Assembly: GCF_009914755.1 (NCBI RefSeq)
Contig: NC_060931.1
DNA length: 64,000 nucleotides
DNA from: the human T2T-CHM13v2.0 reference genome, Homo sapiens
Strand: one strand, 5' to 3'
Part shown: piece after piece, positions 33,341 to 48,449 of the stretch
How the letters are laid out: each line of letters opens with the position of its first letter
How positions within the stretch are numbered: position 1 is the stretch's first letter
Translations under genes and position numbers: made by a program
Notes under the pieces: generated by a model
What the model was told of the DNA's origin: nothing
Seen by the model: only the letters and a program-made list of their open reading frames with translations
Databases searched by the model: none

Positions 33341-33489
33341 TCATTGCCCCAGTCAAGCCGGGCAGTAATGTGGCGCTTCACGTCCTTCATCCGGTCGTGG
33401 GTGAGGTGGCCCACCAGCACCTGCCGCCTCAGGTCCAGGATTTCATTCATGATGTGCCACAGCCGGTGGAAGAGATCGCCTTCATTACG
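33341..33489 (-). CDS. DOCK4: DOCK4 coding exon 6 (149 bp; RNEGDLFHRLWHIMNEILDLRRQVLVGHLTHDRMKDVKRHITARLDWGN)
   Basis: Acceptor tttcttag, donor gtgagt; phase 0-2; DOCK N-terminal helical region. Confidence 0.96.
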
Positions 33490-34269
33490 CTAAGAAATAT
33501 ACAAATGTGGAGATTTGGCAGTCAGTACCTATACTGAGTTGTGGGGTAACCAAAAAGGAAAGGGAAGAGGCCCATTCTGGTTACCCACTATGTGCTTGCC
33601 ACTCTGGACAGATGTCCGTGAACAGACAAACTGTTCGCTCACTATCCTCAAACACACTCGCTGCCTTCTCTATATGCTTCATCTAAGTTTCACAACACTG
33701 CTCTCATGTCCAGAAATGCAACTTTACTTCTCACGTGCTCCTTTTATTTATTTATTTTTTAAACACTACTCAAATGCTACTATCCAAGAAGACTCGGCTT
33801 GACTTCCACCTCCATCAGGAAATCTTCCCTGATCACTTTTGCTCACATTCTTTTCTCCCTTCTCTGTGCCATGGCTGCATGCAACTAAAGCTGATGAAAT
33901 GGAAGACATTGCTTTCCAATTATATTTCTTGCACATTGGTCTCAATACTTTATTGGATCCCCTATCAGAAGTTGGGCACAAAATTCATTCATTGATGGAT
34001 ATGCACTGCTATTATCGGGCCAGTATTTAGACTTTTAAAAAGGTAATGCTTTCTTCCTTACTTTTAAAACAATCATGGAGATTCAAGATAATCTCCTGTG
34101 GAATTCATTTAAGCTCTGTGGTTTACTGGAAAGAAGACAAGTTAAAATCCTGGTTTTGTCACTTACTAGTGGTACAGACTTTAAGTACCAATTTTGTCAT
34201 CTGTACATGGGCAGCACATTCTTTCTGCAAGGCTGTTTTATGGATTAGTGGTAGCAACTGTGCAGAGAG

Positions 34270-34510
34270 CACTACAGCACAGTGGCAGAGAATACCAACT
34301 TATTTAGAGCCAAACAACTTCAATCTGAATTTCAGTTTTGCCATTTACTGGCTGAAAAAGCTTTGACAATTCATTAACATTTTTGTGCTTGTTTTTTTCA
34401 TCTGTAAAACGGGTATTATAGTACCTACTTCTCAGGGTTGTTGTGAGGATTAATGAGTTATTAAAACTCTGAGAATGATGCCTGGCCCAGAAAAAATATG
34501 TAAGTATTAG
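34270..34510 (+). mobile_element. MIR
   Basis: tcatctgtaaaacgggtattatagtacctacttctcagggttgttgtgaggattaa. Confidence 0.75.
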
Positions 34511-36006
34511 CTGTTATTAGTACTAGAGTACTGTTATTGCTTTGGGCTTGGTCCAGAATGAGCCCTCTACAAATACTGTTTCTTCCCCAAAACCAAAATA
34601 TATATCCCTTACCCCAGAGACAATAGAGTAAATCTTATCTAAGTCTTTACCCTTTGTCTTTCTTAACCAGCAGCTATGCTTTTACTTTCTACAAAAATTA
34701 TGAGTGGACCTCATGAGTAGTGATATGAAAGTACTGAGGTTATCATCCATCTAAAGTCTTCTACAGCTGTAAGCTGCCAGAAATATCAAATTCTGGGTGA
34801 TGGGTAAAGACATTCTGTCATCACGTATTTTTTATTTTAAAAAGTAGTGACGTGTTATCTGCTTTTTCGGTACTTGGTGTCTTGAATTTTTCACATGATG
34901 TGCAGGTCAGACAAATTTGCCAGAGGAACAAAAAGCATTCTCCAGGATGCCATCCCTGATCCTCCTCAATATAAATCATCTTGCTTCTCTCTCAACTCCG
35001 AAGGCACTCTATTGAGCCCATTCTTCTATTGCTTCTCACTCTTAACTCATGTTATACACTCCCATACAAGCCATTACAAGGCCACTGTAACACAATACTC
35101 TTGTAATTAACTGCTCAATGTCCATGTCCTCCCTGTGGCTGTAAGTGCCCAATCACATGGCTGTCTGCCTGTGTATCCCTAACAGCCGGAGAATGCATGA
35201 ATGAATAGCTTGATTTACACATGTTAATTTTTGTGGATCTGAAGAGGTAGATTCTGTACAGGCGATACAAACACTTGAGGAAGTCAGTGTAGGAAGGAAA
35301 AGTCCACCCAAGTCAATAAAATTATATAAGCAAGTTATTAAACAAGTCAAATCTCATGTAGCAAAGAAGAGACACAGCGCCTTTTTGAACTGATTGTCAC
35401 AGGGAGAAAGTCACCTGCCTGCTCTTGGGAAAGGCGTTCTGTAGTTGTTTAGTAGGATGGACTTGATTTTCTGTGATGTCATCTCTAGTACTTAAGTTTA
35501 AGAGAACACTAATAAGAAAAGGTTGCAGGATCCCTTATAAAGCTGAAAATCAGTTGGTCAGCTCTCCATTAAGGGAAGAAAACCCAGGTGTGGCAAGAAT
35601 GCTGACATACTGCAGGCCTGGCCAGCAAACCTACTCTACTAGTGTAAGAAAAAGTTCTAAAACTGAACATCTGGTCATAAAATCATGATTCTTTAAACAC
35701 TGGATAGTTATGAAGGCTATTCAGATATATGAAAAATGCTTTTGATTTAATGCTAAATGAAAACAGTTAGGGTACAATATTAAACACTTGGAATAAAACA
35801 ATATCAAGAGATTCTGGAAACATAAAAAAACAGCAAAAGTTAATTGAGAGTATTTTAGTGTTTTAGAAAGCGATGAGCTTTTATTTGCCTTAAAATGAAA
35901 ACAGTACAGGTTTTGGCAGCAGCAGACTTAGATTTAGATTCAGGCTTCAGCATGAGACCCTAGGTAAATTATCATTGATAAGATTCAAGAATAAAAAGTG
36001 CCTGGC

Positions 36007-36357
<351 letters not shown>

Positions 36358-37719
36358 TCAGGGACAGGACAAAAGTACTCAGTAAAAGATGGCTGCTATA
36401 TTTCTCCTAAACTTTTTGTGGTTACATTACTGATTATTAAGTGGTATTTTTAGAGACCATTATTTAGGTCCTTGGCAACGTTATTTAAAGAGCAACTAGC
36501 ACTTTTCAAGCATTCACCATGTGCTTTTATGCTAAGCATTGTCATATAAATTGCTAACAATTTATAAAATATTATGGCCCCCATCAAACATCTTCCAGTA
36601 GAGAAGCTAGGTGCCTTAAAACTGTTGGAAAAGACGATGGACAATAACCTAAACACACTTGAGCATGAGGAACTTGAACCAAAACATTTGGCACAAAACA
36701 TTTACATTAGGAAAAGAGAAACCAAAGGTCTGACATGGCCAAGGTAGCTTCACTCCTAGTATCAAAAATCTAATACCTCTGAGTTAAACTTAATATTTGT
36801 TTCTAATGGCACTGACTACCATTCCAGTGTCCAGGGAAACATTTAGATAATTTTCTCTTTCCCAGTTACTCAGAACACTAGGAGGAAAGGAGTTTACTTA
36901 TAGAGTTTACAACACACAGATTTTCAAACCAACAAAGTCTGTCCCCAAAACAGACATTTGAAACCTCGAACACAGGTAAAAATAGCTAGATAAGGCAGAA
37001 TCCAGAGGAAATTCAACTTTGTTCCCCACTAGTAGCTATATAAAAGGAAAAGTGTTTGTGTTCTAGTTCAGCTAATGGACAACACTCACACTGTCATTAT
37101 TTTTATAACTCTTATATCGGGTATTTGGAATGCAGTGGTTTGAGCATTTCAAATAGTTTCTTTTTCCATGTTAGTGCCATGCCCAATGTTACTTTAAGTG
37201 AAATAATACTTGGATTTTGAATTCTTTCCAACATTTACAAAAAAAAAAGAAAATTTAAAAAGGAGATCTGCATTTCTTTGCACTTCCCTAGCACAGAGCC
37301 CTCGAGGTCGGTTATCTTGACTTTGTTATTTACAAAACCTATGCTCCGCCAATTCACCTAAGGTTTCTTGTGGATTTTCATAGTGAGTTCTAAAGCTACC
37401 AGCTACAGGAGGGTTTAATCAGAGAAGTCCAACATCAAAGGGTTTTCACTAGTGACTTTGTCAGATTTTCTTGCCTCAGTGAAATATCCTATTGCATTTC
37501 AGATGTAACAGACAATAAACACTATCATTCTGCCAGTGTCCCTCACTAATTTGGATTTTTTCCTCGACAGGCTGTTTTAAATCGTTTTGTCAGGATAAGC
37601 ACACGTTTGTATTTTGAATTAATCCCTTCAAATGATTAAGCTGTTCTACAAATTTCTTTAAAAATAAAAGAAGAAATAGCATGGGGTCTTCCCTAATATT
37701 TCACCACCCCCAGACTTCC

Positions 37720-37950
37720 ACAGTTACAGTGGGGTTCAGAGTGACAGCACCATATTCATACCAGAACCCCAGCTCAGCCATTTTCCCATTACTTGATGCG
37801 GGGTGAGTACTTCACTCTCTGTGCCTTATTTTTCTCATCTGTAAGCTGGATGTGATCATCATTATTATTTCTTTGAGTAGTAATAAGGATTAAAGAAGAT
37901 ACTGCATCAAAGAGTACTTACCATGGGATTTGCCACATAAGTTCCCAATG
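37720..37950 (+). mobile_element. MIR
   Basis: cttcactctctgtgcctt..ttttctcatctgtaa...aaggattaaa. Confidence 0.6.
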
Positions 37951-38459
37951 TGATTACTTATAGTAAGTAAATAAATATATACTACGTATCTGCAAAACAC
38001 AGATCCTTTTTCCCCTCAAGAAACATTCTTTTCTCTAGTATATTTAGAATATTCTCATTGATACTAGCTAAGAAGTCTGTCATTTACAGTATACTTGAAT
38101 TACTTACAGAATTTGAATTTGATAAAATACCAAAGCCACCAAAATTGTCTTGAATTTTATTTTTCCCTGGAAATTAAAAATATTCAGGAGGTTCAACAAT
38201 AGGTCCATGTAAACCATCCTATTTGGTTAGATGCCAGAAAAATAATCTTTTATATTCCTGTGGTATTGAAAAATAACTTACAAAACCCATGCTCAGTGGA
38301 CACAGAGATTGTAACAAGACTGTCTTGTTAATATCTATATCCCCAAGGAGTCCTGGAGACTTGCAGAAGGTGCTATATTAGTTAATGCTTACTCATGTTC
38401 ATGTATTTCTTAAAACAATTCTTTACCCGAAAAATCGTGTCATTAAAAAGCTACTTAAC

Positions 38460-38556
38460 CACATAGAGTTGTTTCCACATGGTTCCCCAGTCTCTTAATG
38501 TTGATGTCATTTCTGTGATAACAGAGTCTTCAGTGGGAATAACCATTTCAAATTGT
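38460..38556 (-). CDS. DOCK4: DOCK4 coding exon 5 (97 bp; QFEMVIPTEDSVITEMTSTLRDWGTMWKQLYV)
   Basis: Acceptor tttcacag, donor gttaag; phase 2-0; frame continuous with exon 4. Confidence 0.95.
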
Positions 38557-39361
38557 CTGTGAAATTAAAAAAGAAAAAGTATATATGTAAATACCATAGA
38601 CAACAATTTTGTTTTAAATACTCTAAAAGATAACTAGGAAAGAAAGCTGCCTAGCTATTGTTCGTTCTACAGACAGTAACCAGGATCTGGTTATAAGTTA
38701 ATGTGAGGAATGCTACATGGGTTGTGGTAGGACAATACCAGAACAACCAGCCACTTCAACCAGATCAAGTTTGAGCAGCGTGGTGAAGAAGGAACAGCAT
38801 CAGAAGGGTTGCACTCCAGTACCAGTTCACGACTAGGCAGCAACTCATTTAACCTAAGGCCAAAAGCCTTCATCTGTAACATGAGGTCACTGGGCTACAT
38901 AAACTCTGAGGTGACTTTTGCCTTCCAAGGGCTATGACTATAGGACTCAAAGAGAGTAAAAGGAACACCATTCAATCACCAGGACATGATGGCTGTGGGC
39001 ATCCAAACTAACTCAGTGTTATAAGTAACTAGACACTGAGATACTAATTGAACACTCTCTTGATCTCGGTAACACTTAATTTTTATTATTTGCAAACTAG
39101 GACCATGAGAAATGATTAGTATTCTAAGTAATGTTATCATACAGCATAGAACTTATGGCTTATGACACCACCGATATTTGAATATTCGTTCCAAAATGTT
39201 CCTCTTTCTGATTAGAGTAACGTAGTCTTCTCATTTCTTCTCTAAAAGTCAGAAACTATCCTTGGAAAATATTTATATCAATATCTAGTAGGGTGTGTAT
39301 GGTGGTCCTGAAGTTGAGAATATGCATGAGGAGATGGGGGAAATAAAAGAGAAGTTTTGTG

Positions 39362-39655
<294 letters not shown>

Positions 39656-39736
39656 GAGAAGATTTAATTTGTCCTCTGTATCCTACCTTTGGCATATAAT
39701 AATCTTCATCTCCAGTTTCTTTTTTCAAATTCTTTC

Positions 39737-39738
<2 letters not shown>

Positions 39739-39785
<47 letters not shown>
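39739..39785. repeat. (TG)n microsatellite
   Basis: About 23 TG units. Confidence 0.95.
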
Positions 39786-39787
<2 letters not shown>

Positions 39788-42768
39788 GTGAAAGTGGTTT
39801 AGTGGCTATTACTACCACTGCTTCCCAAAGAATGCTACTGATATATTGATTGAGTCTATTTTCTTTATTTCAGTATATTTTTCTCAAGAAAACGTCTAAT
39901 ACATAGAAAGTAATGACATATTAGACACAGAACCATGTTGTCTAATGATCAAGGGGAAATTACTTCTTAGCATGAGACTAATAACTGTTCTGTGATTCCT
40001 TTTTCATGTTATGTCCAAAGTGTATATAATTGTCTTTTGTAAAATCTTCTTGTCAGACATATGGAAACTAAAATCTTGCCTTGATTTTTTTCCCAACAGA
40101 GTTTCATCTCCTCATTTCGCAGTGCTGCTAAAATACTTGCCCTATGAATATTTTCCTTCTTTCTAGAGCTTAAACACAGCTGAAAATGTAAAACTGGGAT
40201 TTTAAACTAGAAATAAAAGTAAACAGTAATATATAAACTGTGACAGATACAGAACCTTTTATTAAGTCTGTATATGACATTTTTAAATGGTGGTACATTT
40301 ATTTTGCTTTTGAAGCAGCGTTTGCAATTTAAATGATGAATATTTGGAGATGGAGATTATAAAATGATCCTATACAAGGTCAAGGAGGAAACACTGAATT
40401 TCCAGGGAAACCTGACATACTACTTAACATTTAAAAAGTGACATGACCTCAGTAGGAATTAAACAATACAGAAGTGGCCTCCCTGTCCATAAACTATAAT
40501 TTAATTGACCTCCAACAGTCCTACATTGATCTGAAGACACAAGAAAGAACATACACGCAATTCAGTCTGTGAGAAGTTGATTGGGGGTTGTCCAAGCAAA
40601 ATTTAAATTTTTAAGCATAAAATTGCCATTTTAGGCAAGGTGACTGTTTTCTATTAATTATTCCAAACCCAAAATCAGTGTTCAAATAGTCTGTCGTAAG
40701 TAGTTACCTCTGAAATTATATTTTGTTCAATTATTCTAGGATGGACTTTTCCATTATTTCATCCTAGTGGGCCATAAATCCACTTAAAATAAGACAGGTA
40801 ATACCAAAACCCCAAAGATGTTCCTCTCTGGGAAAGCAATCACCTGGCAATACATGCTCTCAAATGTTTTCAGGCCAAAGTTTTTCTTCCAGTAACAGCC
40901 CTAGACCTAGGGTCTGAGTCAATTCCAATAAGTCTTTTACAGAAACTAATGTTGGGCTTTTCTGTTCTTCTGCTGCACAATGTCCATCATACCTAGTGTC
41001 AGGTGGAGACCCCATAAGAAAGTCTTAAACTTACATGACCAAATTTTTAGGTACTTTACCCACATTTAAACTTCCTGGGGCTCATGGAAGGGGATCAGAT
41101 ATACACCAGTTACTAACCAGGATTTAAAAAAAGGACGTACTTATTTAAAAACCATATCCTACCCCAACTCACTTTGAGGGATAGACTTTGATTAAGTGGA
41201 GAGATGCTTGACATCATCTTTGCTAGCACAGCATTCTCTCTTTTCTCTTCCTTGGTCAGAGCATATGATGCCCTTTGCACTGCAGAGTTGAGGGAGGTCA
41301 GGGTTGGGCTTGGGACAAAGGCAGCAAAGAGGACTGGTTGCACAGGCTTGCTCAAAAGGACACTTTAAGAAACAGGGGTAGCCCATGGTGTTTTCACATT
41401 GCCAAGCCCAGATCACTAGCACAGAAGGATCAGAACAAAGAGTAAGCATATGGCTGGAGTGTATTCTGAAGTATCCTCTGGTTTACTGGAGGGAGGCTGA
41501 ATGGTGTCACATCTAGCTGGGTAGGAAAGTTTCAAAAGGACCAACAACTTGGCTTGATGCTTCTGGTGGATTATAGCTGCACACTTCCAAAGGACACACA
41601 TTTCTTAAAAGATCAGTAGTAGTAGTGGTAATTATTAGAATTAGAATTATGCTTTTAATCTATTATTCAATAATTACTATTACTGAGTGCTACTACTAAC
41701 ATGCTTAAAGCAGCTCACATATATAAGACATGTAGAGTAATGGTCTCTGAGATTCTTTAAGTTTTACCCATATAGGGAACTCTCAAAGTATTTATACCAT
41801 AGACTCTTAGCCACATGCATAGGCTGTTTCCCTGAACTGAAATTTAATATCATATCTTTATTGAGGAGGAAATTATTTGAATAGCCTCGTTGGAACTTTT
41901 ATCTTAAGACTCAAGTTGGAAAATGCCATTACTATGCTTTAAGAATTCAAATAATAAATTGCTATTTATCACTATTTGAGAAAAAATATAATTTCTATGG
42001 CTGAATCTGTATTCTGTTGTCCTAAGATGAAAATTATGCAATGATCATGTGAATAGTCCTTGTGACACTGACACCAAATGTTTGTGTCTAAATCCATGGC
42101 CCCTTATGATGAATGATCTGCTTATGCTAACTATTTACACAGGCAAGTTCTTCTGTTTTATCCTGCTGTACCTTATTGGAATTATGTTAAAGTGACTGCC
42201 ACTTCAAATCCTTTTGGAAATAAGACTAGAAATTTTTTTAATGTATTAGAAATACTAGGTGATCAATGAGCTCAATCAAACAAAGTATCATATAAATGAC
42301 ATTCTCTAAAATAGAATAATGGCTTTGTGAAGTGGTCACACAAGAATATGTTATTATGCCCATTTAGAGAAAGACACACTATGCATCTTAGAATCAGTGG
42401 TGAACCTAGGAAATTCCTGGGGTTTGAGATAATATGACAGCATTTAATGGGTCTGACTGACATGCTTCCCTAAGTAGCAAGAAACCAAAAAGAACCAACT
42501 CCTTCTGCTCAAGCATAGGCTGATTCCCTGATTTGTGGACACTGAGAGACCTCCAGTCTCTCAGATCCTCTCGTCCAGCACACACAGATGGGGTTCTTTA
42601 ATTTTCTCCACCAACGGTCTTAATGCAATATATCTTTAACAAAGAACACAGACAATGGTATGATCTTCTACAGTTCATTTTTCAAGACAATTACTATGCC
42701 TTTCAAATTCCAAAAGAAGCAAAGGCTCTGTGAAAATCCTCCAACTACTAATAAAACTCATTTCTTAC

Positions 42769-42824
42769 CCTTTGTTCTTTACACAGGCATTTTTCAAGTG
42801 AACGTAGCTGGAAGGAAATATACC
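42769..42824 (-). CDS. DOCK4: DOCK4 coding exon 4 (56 bp; GIFPSSYVHLKNACVKNK)
   Basis: SH3 C-terminal GxFPxxYV motif; acceptor ttttccag, donor gtaaga; phase 0-2. Confidence 0.95.
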
Positions 42825-44811
42825 CTGGAAAAGAAAACATGAAGGTTACGATGCCGGCTGTTAAGGCAGGGTTGGTTTCACAAGTCATTTGTATAAAACA
42901 CAGCCATACAACCATGACAACATCAGGAATAGGGAAAAGCAACATCTCTACCACATTCTCTTGGATGAAATCTACTGTGGCTTAAGATCCATCCTTTCAT
43001 TTTCTACCATTAACTACTTTAAAAATTTAGAGACATTCTAAACAAATATGATCAAAAAAATTAAATCTTACTCAGAAAACATAATGTTTATTAAACAGAA
43101 AATAAGAAAATTTCAGGAATTCTATATAAAAACCATGTTATACTGAATAAGAGTTTTCAAAATATGTATTGCATAGTTTTGAAAGGTTCTTCGTTTTGAT
43201 GGTAGTTCCTTTTTTTTCTCCCCAAAACATTCATATTTCTCTTGAAAATATACATACAAAAAATATCACTGCAAATTTAGAGATAATATGTGTATTCTGT
43301 GTTATGGAAGATTTTTGATGACAACTCAGCAACAGTTAATCACCATGCTGCCATTCTGATGGAACAGAAATCAAACAAAAGAAGCCATGTTAGCTTGAAG
43401 CTTTTTATTGTAGGAAATGACAAGGCAAGGAAATTGTTTCTTTGTTCTAAATGGGAAATTGAAAGAAACAACAACAAAAAAATGAGCATCAATTTGATTG
43501 TTCATTAAATGGCAATTATCCTCTGAAGAATTTCTAATGTATAATTAAATGACAAACTCAATTAAATATTTAAGAAAATAAATGTCATTTGAATATATAT
43601 ATCACCATTGTGGATCCAAGTATAAAATAAAATTTAATAGGCAAATTCTTTCCATTCAATAGTAGTAAATATACATATGTAGATTTTTAAAACGCACTTG
43701 TTTTCTTCAATATGGTAGGATCAACAAATAGAGTAATTCTAACTAATCAGGAAAAGTCAGACTTGAGGTTTATTAGAAGTGACAGAAATAACAGAGAAAT
43801 CATACTAAGTTTCCTTCTCAAATATGGTCTAAATGAATTCATTAAATACTGAAGCTATATTTGCATGTGCCTCATAGATATATAAAAACAATGTTAAATG
43901 AGGAGTAAAGTATTTAAAAAATTAAATTTATATACTCTTTTGTCCCTTACCGTTCCCCTTTAGGATGACCTAAAATACATGAAGTAATTAAACACAGTTG
44001 AATGATCCAGAAAATGGCATATTTAAGGAAAAAGGCAAAAGTGTATTTTGAGAATGAAAATACAAATTTCTTATCTACAATCCCAAAGCTAGAATTAAAC
44101 CAAAAAAAAAAATGACATATATGAAAATATTAGAGAATGTAGGAAATACAGGTGAAGACTGAGGAGATTAGAGTAAGATAGAAAAACACAGATATTAGTA
44201 AGGATTACTGTCAAAATTGCAAACTATACAAATAAAAGATAAAACAAAAATGACATTACTTCTTGCTCTAATTCCTGAGGATTTATAGAAATGTATCAAG
44301 GATAATGAATCTTAATTTCTGCCTGAAATGGTAAGAAAGATGGGTTTTTTAATAATATTGTTTTCCTGGCTTCAGCCCCCCAAGTCCAAAGGGACTCTTA
44401 ACATGCCGCTAAGTATACTTGTTTCTCCATACCGATATTTTACAAATGATACCATGGAAAACATAAAGATTAAATACTGCTATTTAATATTTCTTTTGGC
44501 ATATGTATTTCCCCTGCCTGAATTTTAATTTAGCTCTCTGAGAAACTACCACTTCAAAAAGATTTTGTTTATATATAATGAGCTTATTAAGGTCTTCTCA
44601 GTACAATTTTCAAGAGCTAAATAGGATTATCATTTGAGTAGCATATCTTAACTATAATCCAAGTTCAAAGGAATTTCCAAAATTATAAAAATTTGCAATA
44701 TCATTTGGCATTTCAACTGAGTCCCAACTGTAATTTCAATTGTATAAAGAAATAATTTAAATAACTATCTGTCTTAATTTCATAATTATAGTTAGAAATA
44801 ACAATTTTTAC

Positions 44812-44852
44812 CTTGATATTTGGGTTTTTTAAGGCAAATCCTCTGTACCAGC
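44812..44852 (-). CDS. DOCK4: DOCK4 coding exon 3 (41 bp; GWYRGFALKNPNIK)
   Basis: Peptide visible in ORF 44713..44916; acceptor ttccacag, donor gtaaaa; phase 1-0 continues exon 2. Confidence 0.95.
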
Positions 44853-45510
44853 CTGTGGAAAAATAATCATGGTCATATTTTGATAAACCATTGTAATATT
44901 TTAAAGATAATAACAAATCAATCTGTTCTTTGCCGATGGAATTTTACCATACATGAAAAGATTCTATGGATAAATATGGTAGGTATTGGCCTTAGGCTAC
45001 AAAATAGCTCGAGTGACCAAACATAAGAATTCTATTAATAAAACCATTTTTAAAAAACTGTATCAAAAATTTTTATAAACAACAGAAAAATACATAATGT
45101 GAATAAAGGCTTTAAAATCAGAGCATTGGGCTTCAATTCTGGCTTTGCTTCTTATTGTCTGTTTAATCTTGGCCAGGTTACTTGACATCTCTGAGTACCA
45201 CTTCTTCCCATTTTATGAAAGGCCACATTATGTCACAGGGAAAGTCAAGAATCTGCACAAGATTTCATACATTTCCAAATTCTACTTGCCTGACTACAAA
45301 CGCCAGACTCTGCCACCAAATAATAGTACCTGGCCAACAGTCATGACGTGAATTGCACATCCTTAAGCCTACGGTCTTGGGTTAAGATCAGTCTCATATC
45401 ATACAAAGAGTAAAGCCATCATTCACTGCCAGAATTAACTGGCACATTTTCATCAGCACAATGGCTGACCAAGAGCTCAGCGTAATTTTTATTCTGTAGA
45501 ATGACTATTA

Positions 45511-46190
45511 TAGTAGGCCCTTCTTATCTGCGGTTTCACTTTCCACGGTTTCAGTTACTCATGGTCAACCTGGGTGCAAAAATACTACATGGAAAATTCC
45601 AGAAATAATTCATAAGGTTTAAACTGCATGCCATTCTAAGTAGCATGATGAAATCCCGTGCCTGCCCGCTCAGTTCCACCCAGGACATGAATCATCCTTT
45701 TGTTCAGCATATCCACACTGTCAGTGCTACCCACCCATTAGTTATTTACTAGCCCTCTCGGTTACCAGATTGAGGATCACAGTTTTAAAGTCCTTGTGTT
45801 CAAGTCACCCTTATTTTACTTAATCATGGCTCCAAGGCACAAGAGTAGTGATGTTGGCAACTGGGAAGTGCCAAAGAGAAGCCATAAAGTGCTTTAAGTG
45901 AAAAGGTGAAAGTTCTTGAATTTAATAAGGAAAGAAAAAAAAATCATATGCTGAGGTTGCTAAAATCTAGGTAAAAATGAATCTTCTATTCATGAAACTG
46001 TGAACAGAATATTGTTATAATTATTCTATTTCATCATTAGTTCTTGTCAACTGTGGCTAGTTTATGAATTAAACTTTATCACATGTAAAGGAAAAAATGT
46101 AGGATGTATAAGGTTCAGTACCATCCAAGGTTGCAGGTATCCTGGGGGTCTTAGGTCGCATCCCTTGCCAATAAGCAGGCTCAAGGACTG
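45511..46190. mobile_element. MER44 (TcMar-Tigger) DNA transposon
   Basis: cttatctgcggtttcactttccacggtttcagttac...ggaaaattccagaaataa...gggggtctt resembles MER44. Confidence 0.75.
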
Positions 46191-47069
46191 CTGGATTTAA
46201 GCTCCCAGCAATTCTGAATCAATTTTGCAGCACTATCCTTACATGTCTTTTTATAGTTTAAAACAAATCAGGATATATATTGTATTTTTTCAAGTGTAAA
46301 GACCATTTTGCTCATTGGCAAAAAAATTATTATACTATGTAGTAAATATTATGCCTAATAGAATTTTTTCAATGATTAAATTTTAGGCAAAATTTTAATA
46401 CAAAACAAATATTTGAGCTTTGTATTTAAACATTTTTCCTCCTCATAATACATTTTCTTAAAAGGATATATTGTAAAATATCGTCCCTAACAGTTTTAAA
46501 ATCAGTCTGAGGAGAGCAGAATGAACTGAAAATCAGAATCTCTATATCTCAGGGTTTATCAGTTGCCATAAAGACAGATCCAAGAAATACATCCATTTGT
46601 AAATAATTATTCTAACAAAAAACAAAACTTCTTGAGAATTGCAAAAATGTCATAGAGAGGTCTCTGTCCAATTATACTATACAGAAAAAGTCTTAGATTA
46701 CAAAACACCTCCTATTAGATATGCAGTCCAGTTTCATGCACCAATTCACAATAAATTTTATATTTATCTGTATACAAAGTAGTAACAGACAAAATATATC
46801 TGGCAATAACACAGGAAATCTTATTATATTTTTTAAGGTATCAATCACAGTGGACAGAATAAACATTCCGATATCACCAGCATCTAATGCTAGGGTCTAA
46901 CTAAATGTCGTAGTTCTGTTTGGGGGAATACAGTTTCATCTATAATAAACCTTGATATGATAAAAATATCATCATAATATAAATTCCTAGTAAGGAAAAC
47001 CTTAAAAGAGGAAAAACATGAGTATTTTCGGATATACTAACGGGGCTCTAAAATGTAGTCATTTTGTTA

Positions 47070-47768
<699 letters not shown>

Positions 47769-48365
47769 TTAAGGATGTTTCATGGAACAGGAATGGAAAC
47801 ATTTGAGAACCATTAGCTATCTTAAATGAGTTGCCTACTACATAAATTAATAATCATCATACAAAGTCAGACAATATATTCTACTAATATTATTCAAGTG
47901 CATTGAATAATTTTATTCCAAGTTTGAGGGGAAGAAACTATAGGCCTGGAGCAGAGTTGGCCTGGGCAGGAGCCCTCCAGAGGCATCTGGCTACTCAACC
48001 TCAGGTAAGCCATGTCTGCTCTGGGCCTCTGCTTCTTCCTGTCCTGTGGGATCTACTAGATCCTGAGGATTCTGAGAAAAACCTTCTAGTTTGGCACTGA
48101 GTCAAGAACTCCCACAGATATGGTAACTTCAACTGCTTTCTCTGTTTGCATCTAATGATTATAAGGAAATAATATTATAATCAGCTTAAAAATAGGAAAT
48201 GATGCCTTTCCATTAGCCAAACACTGAAAATGCAGGAAACAATTTTGTCAAAAATGACTTGTGGTGACTACTGGAAAAGTTCCAGAGATTAATAGCGGTA
48301 TGGACAGAATTTGTAGACTTTATGAACAGCCGTATGTTGAGGAGGTTGTTCATAAGGCTACTCAC

Positions 48366-48449
48366 CATCACACTTCTCCAGGATCTGAACTGTATCTCCA
48401 ATTTCCAATGACAGGCCATATGGAACGGTTCCTCGGAAACTGGCAATAA
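48366..48449 (-). CDS. DOCK4: DOCK4 coding exon 2 (84 bp; SH3 domain, ..VIASFRGTVPYGLSLEIGDTVQILEKCD..)
   Basis: Minus-strand translation matches the DOCK4 N-terminus as recalled; acceptor ttttttacag, donor gtgagt; phase 1-1. Confidence 0.96.
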
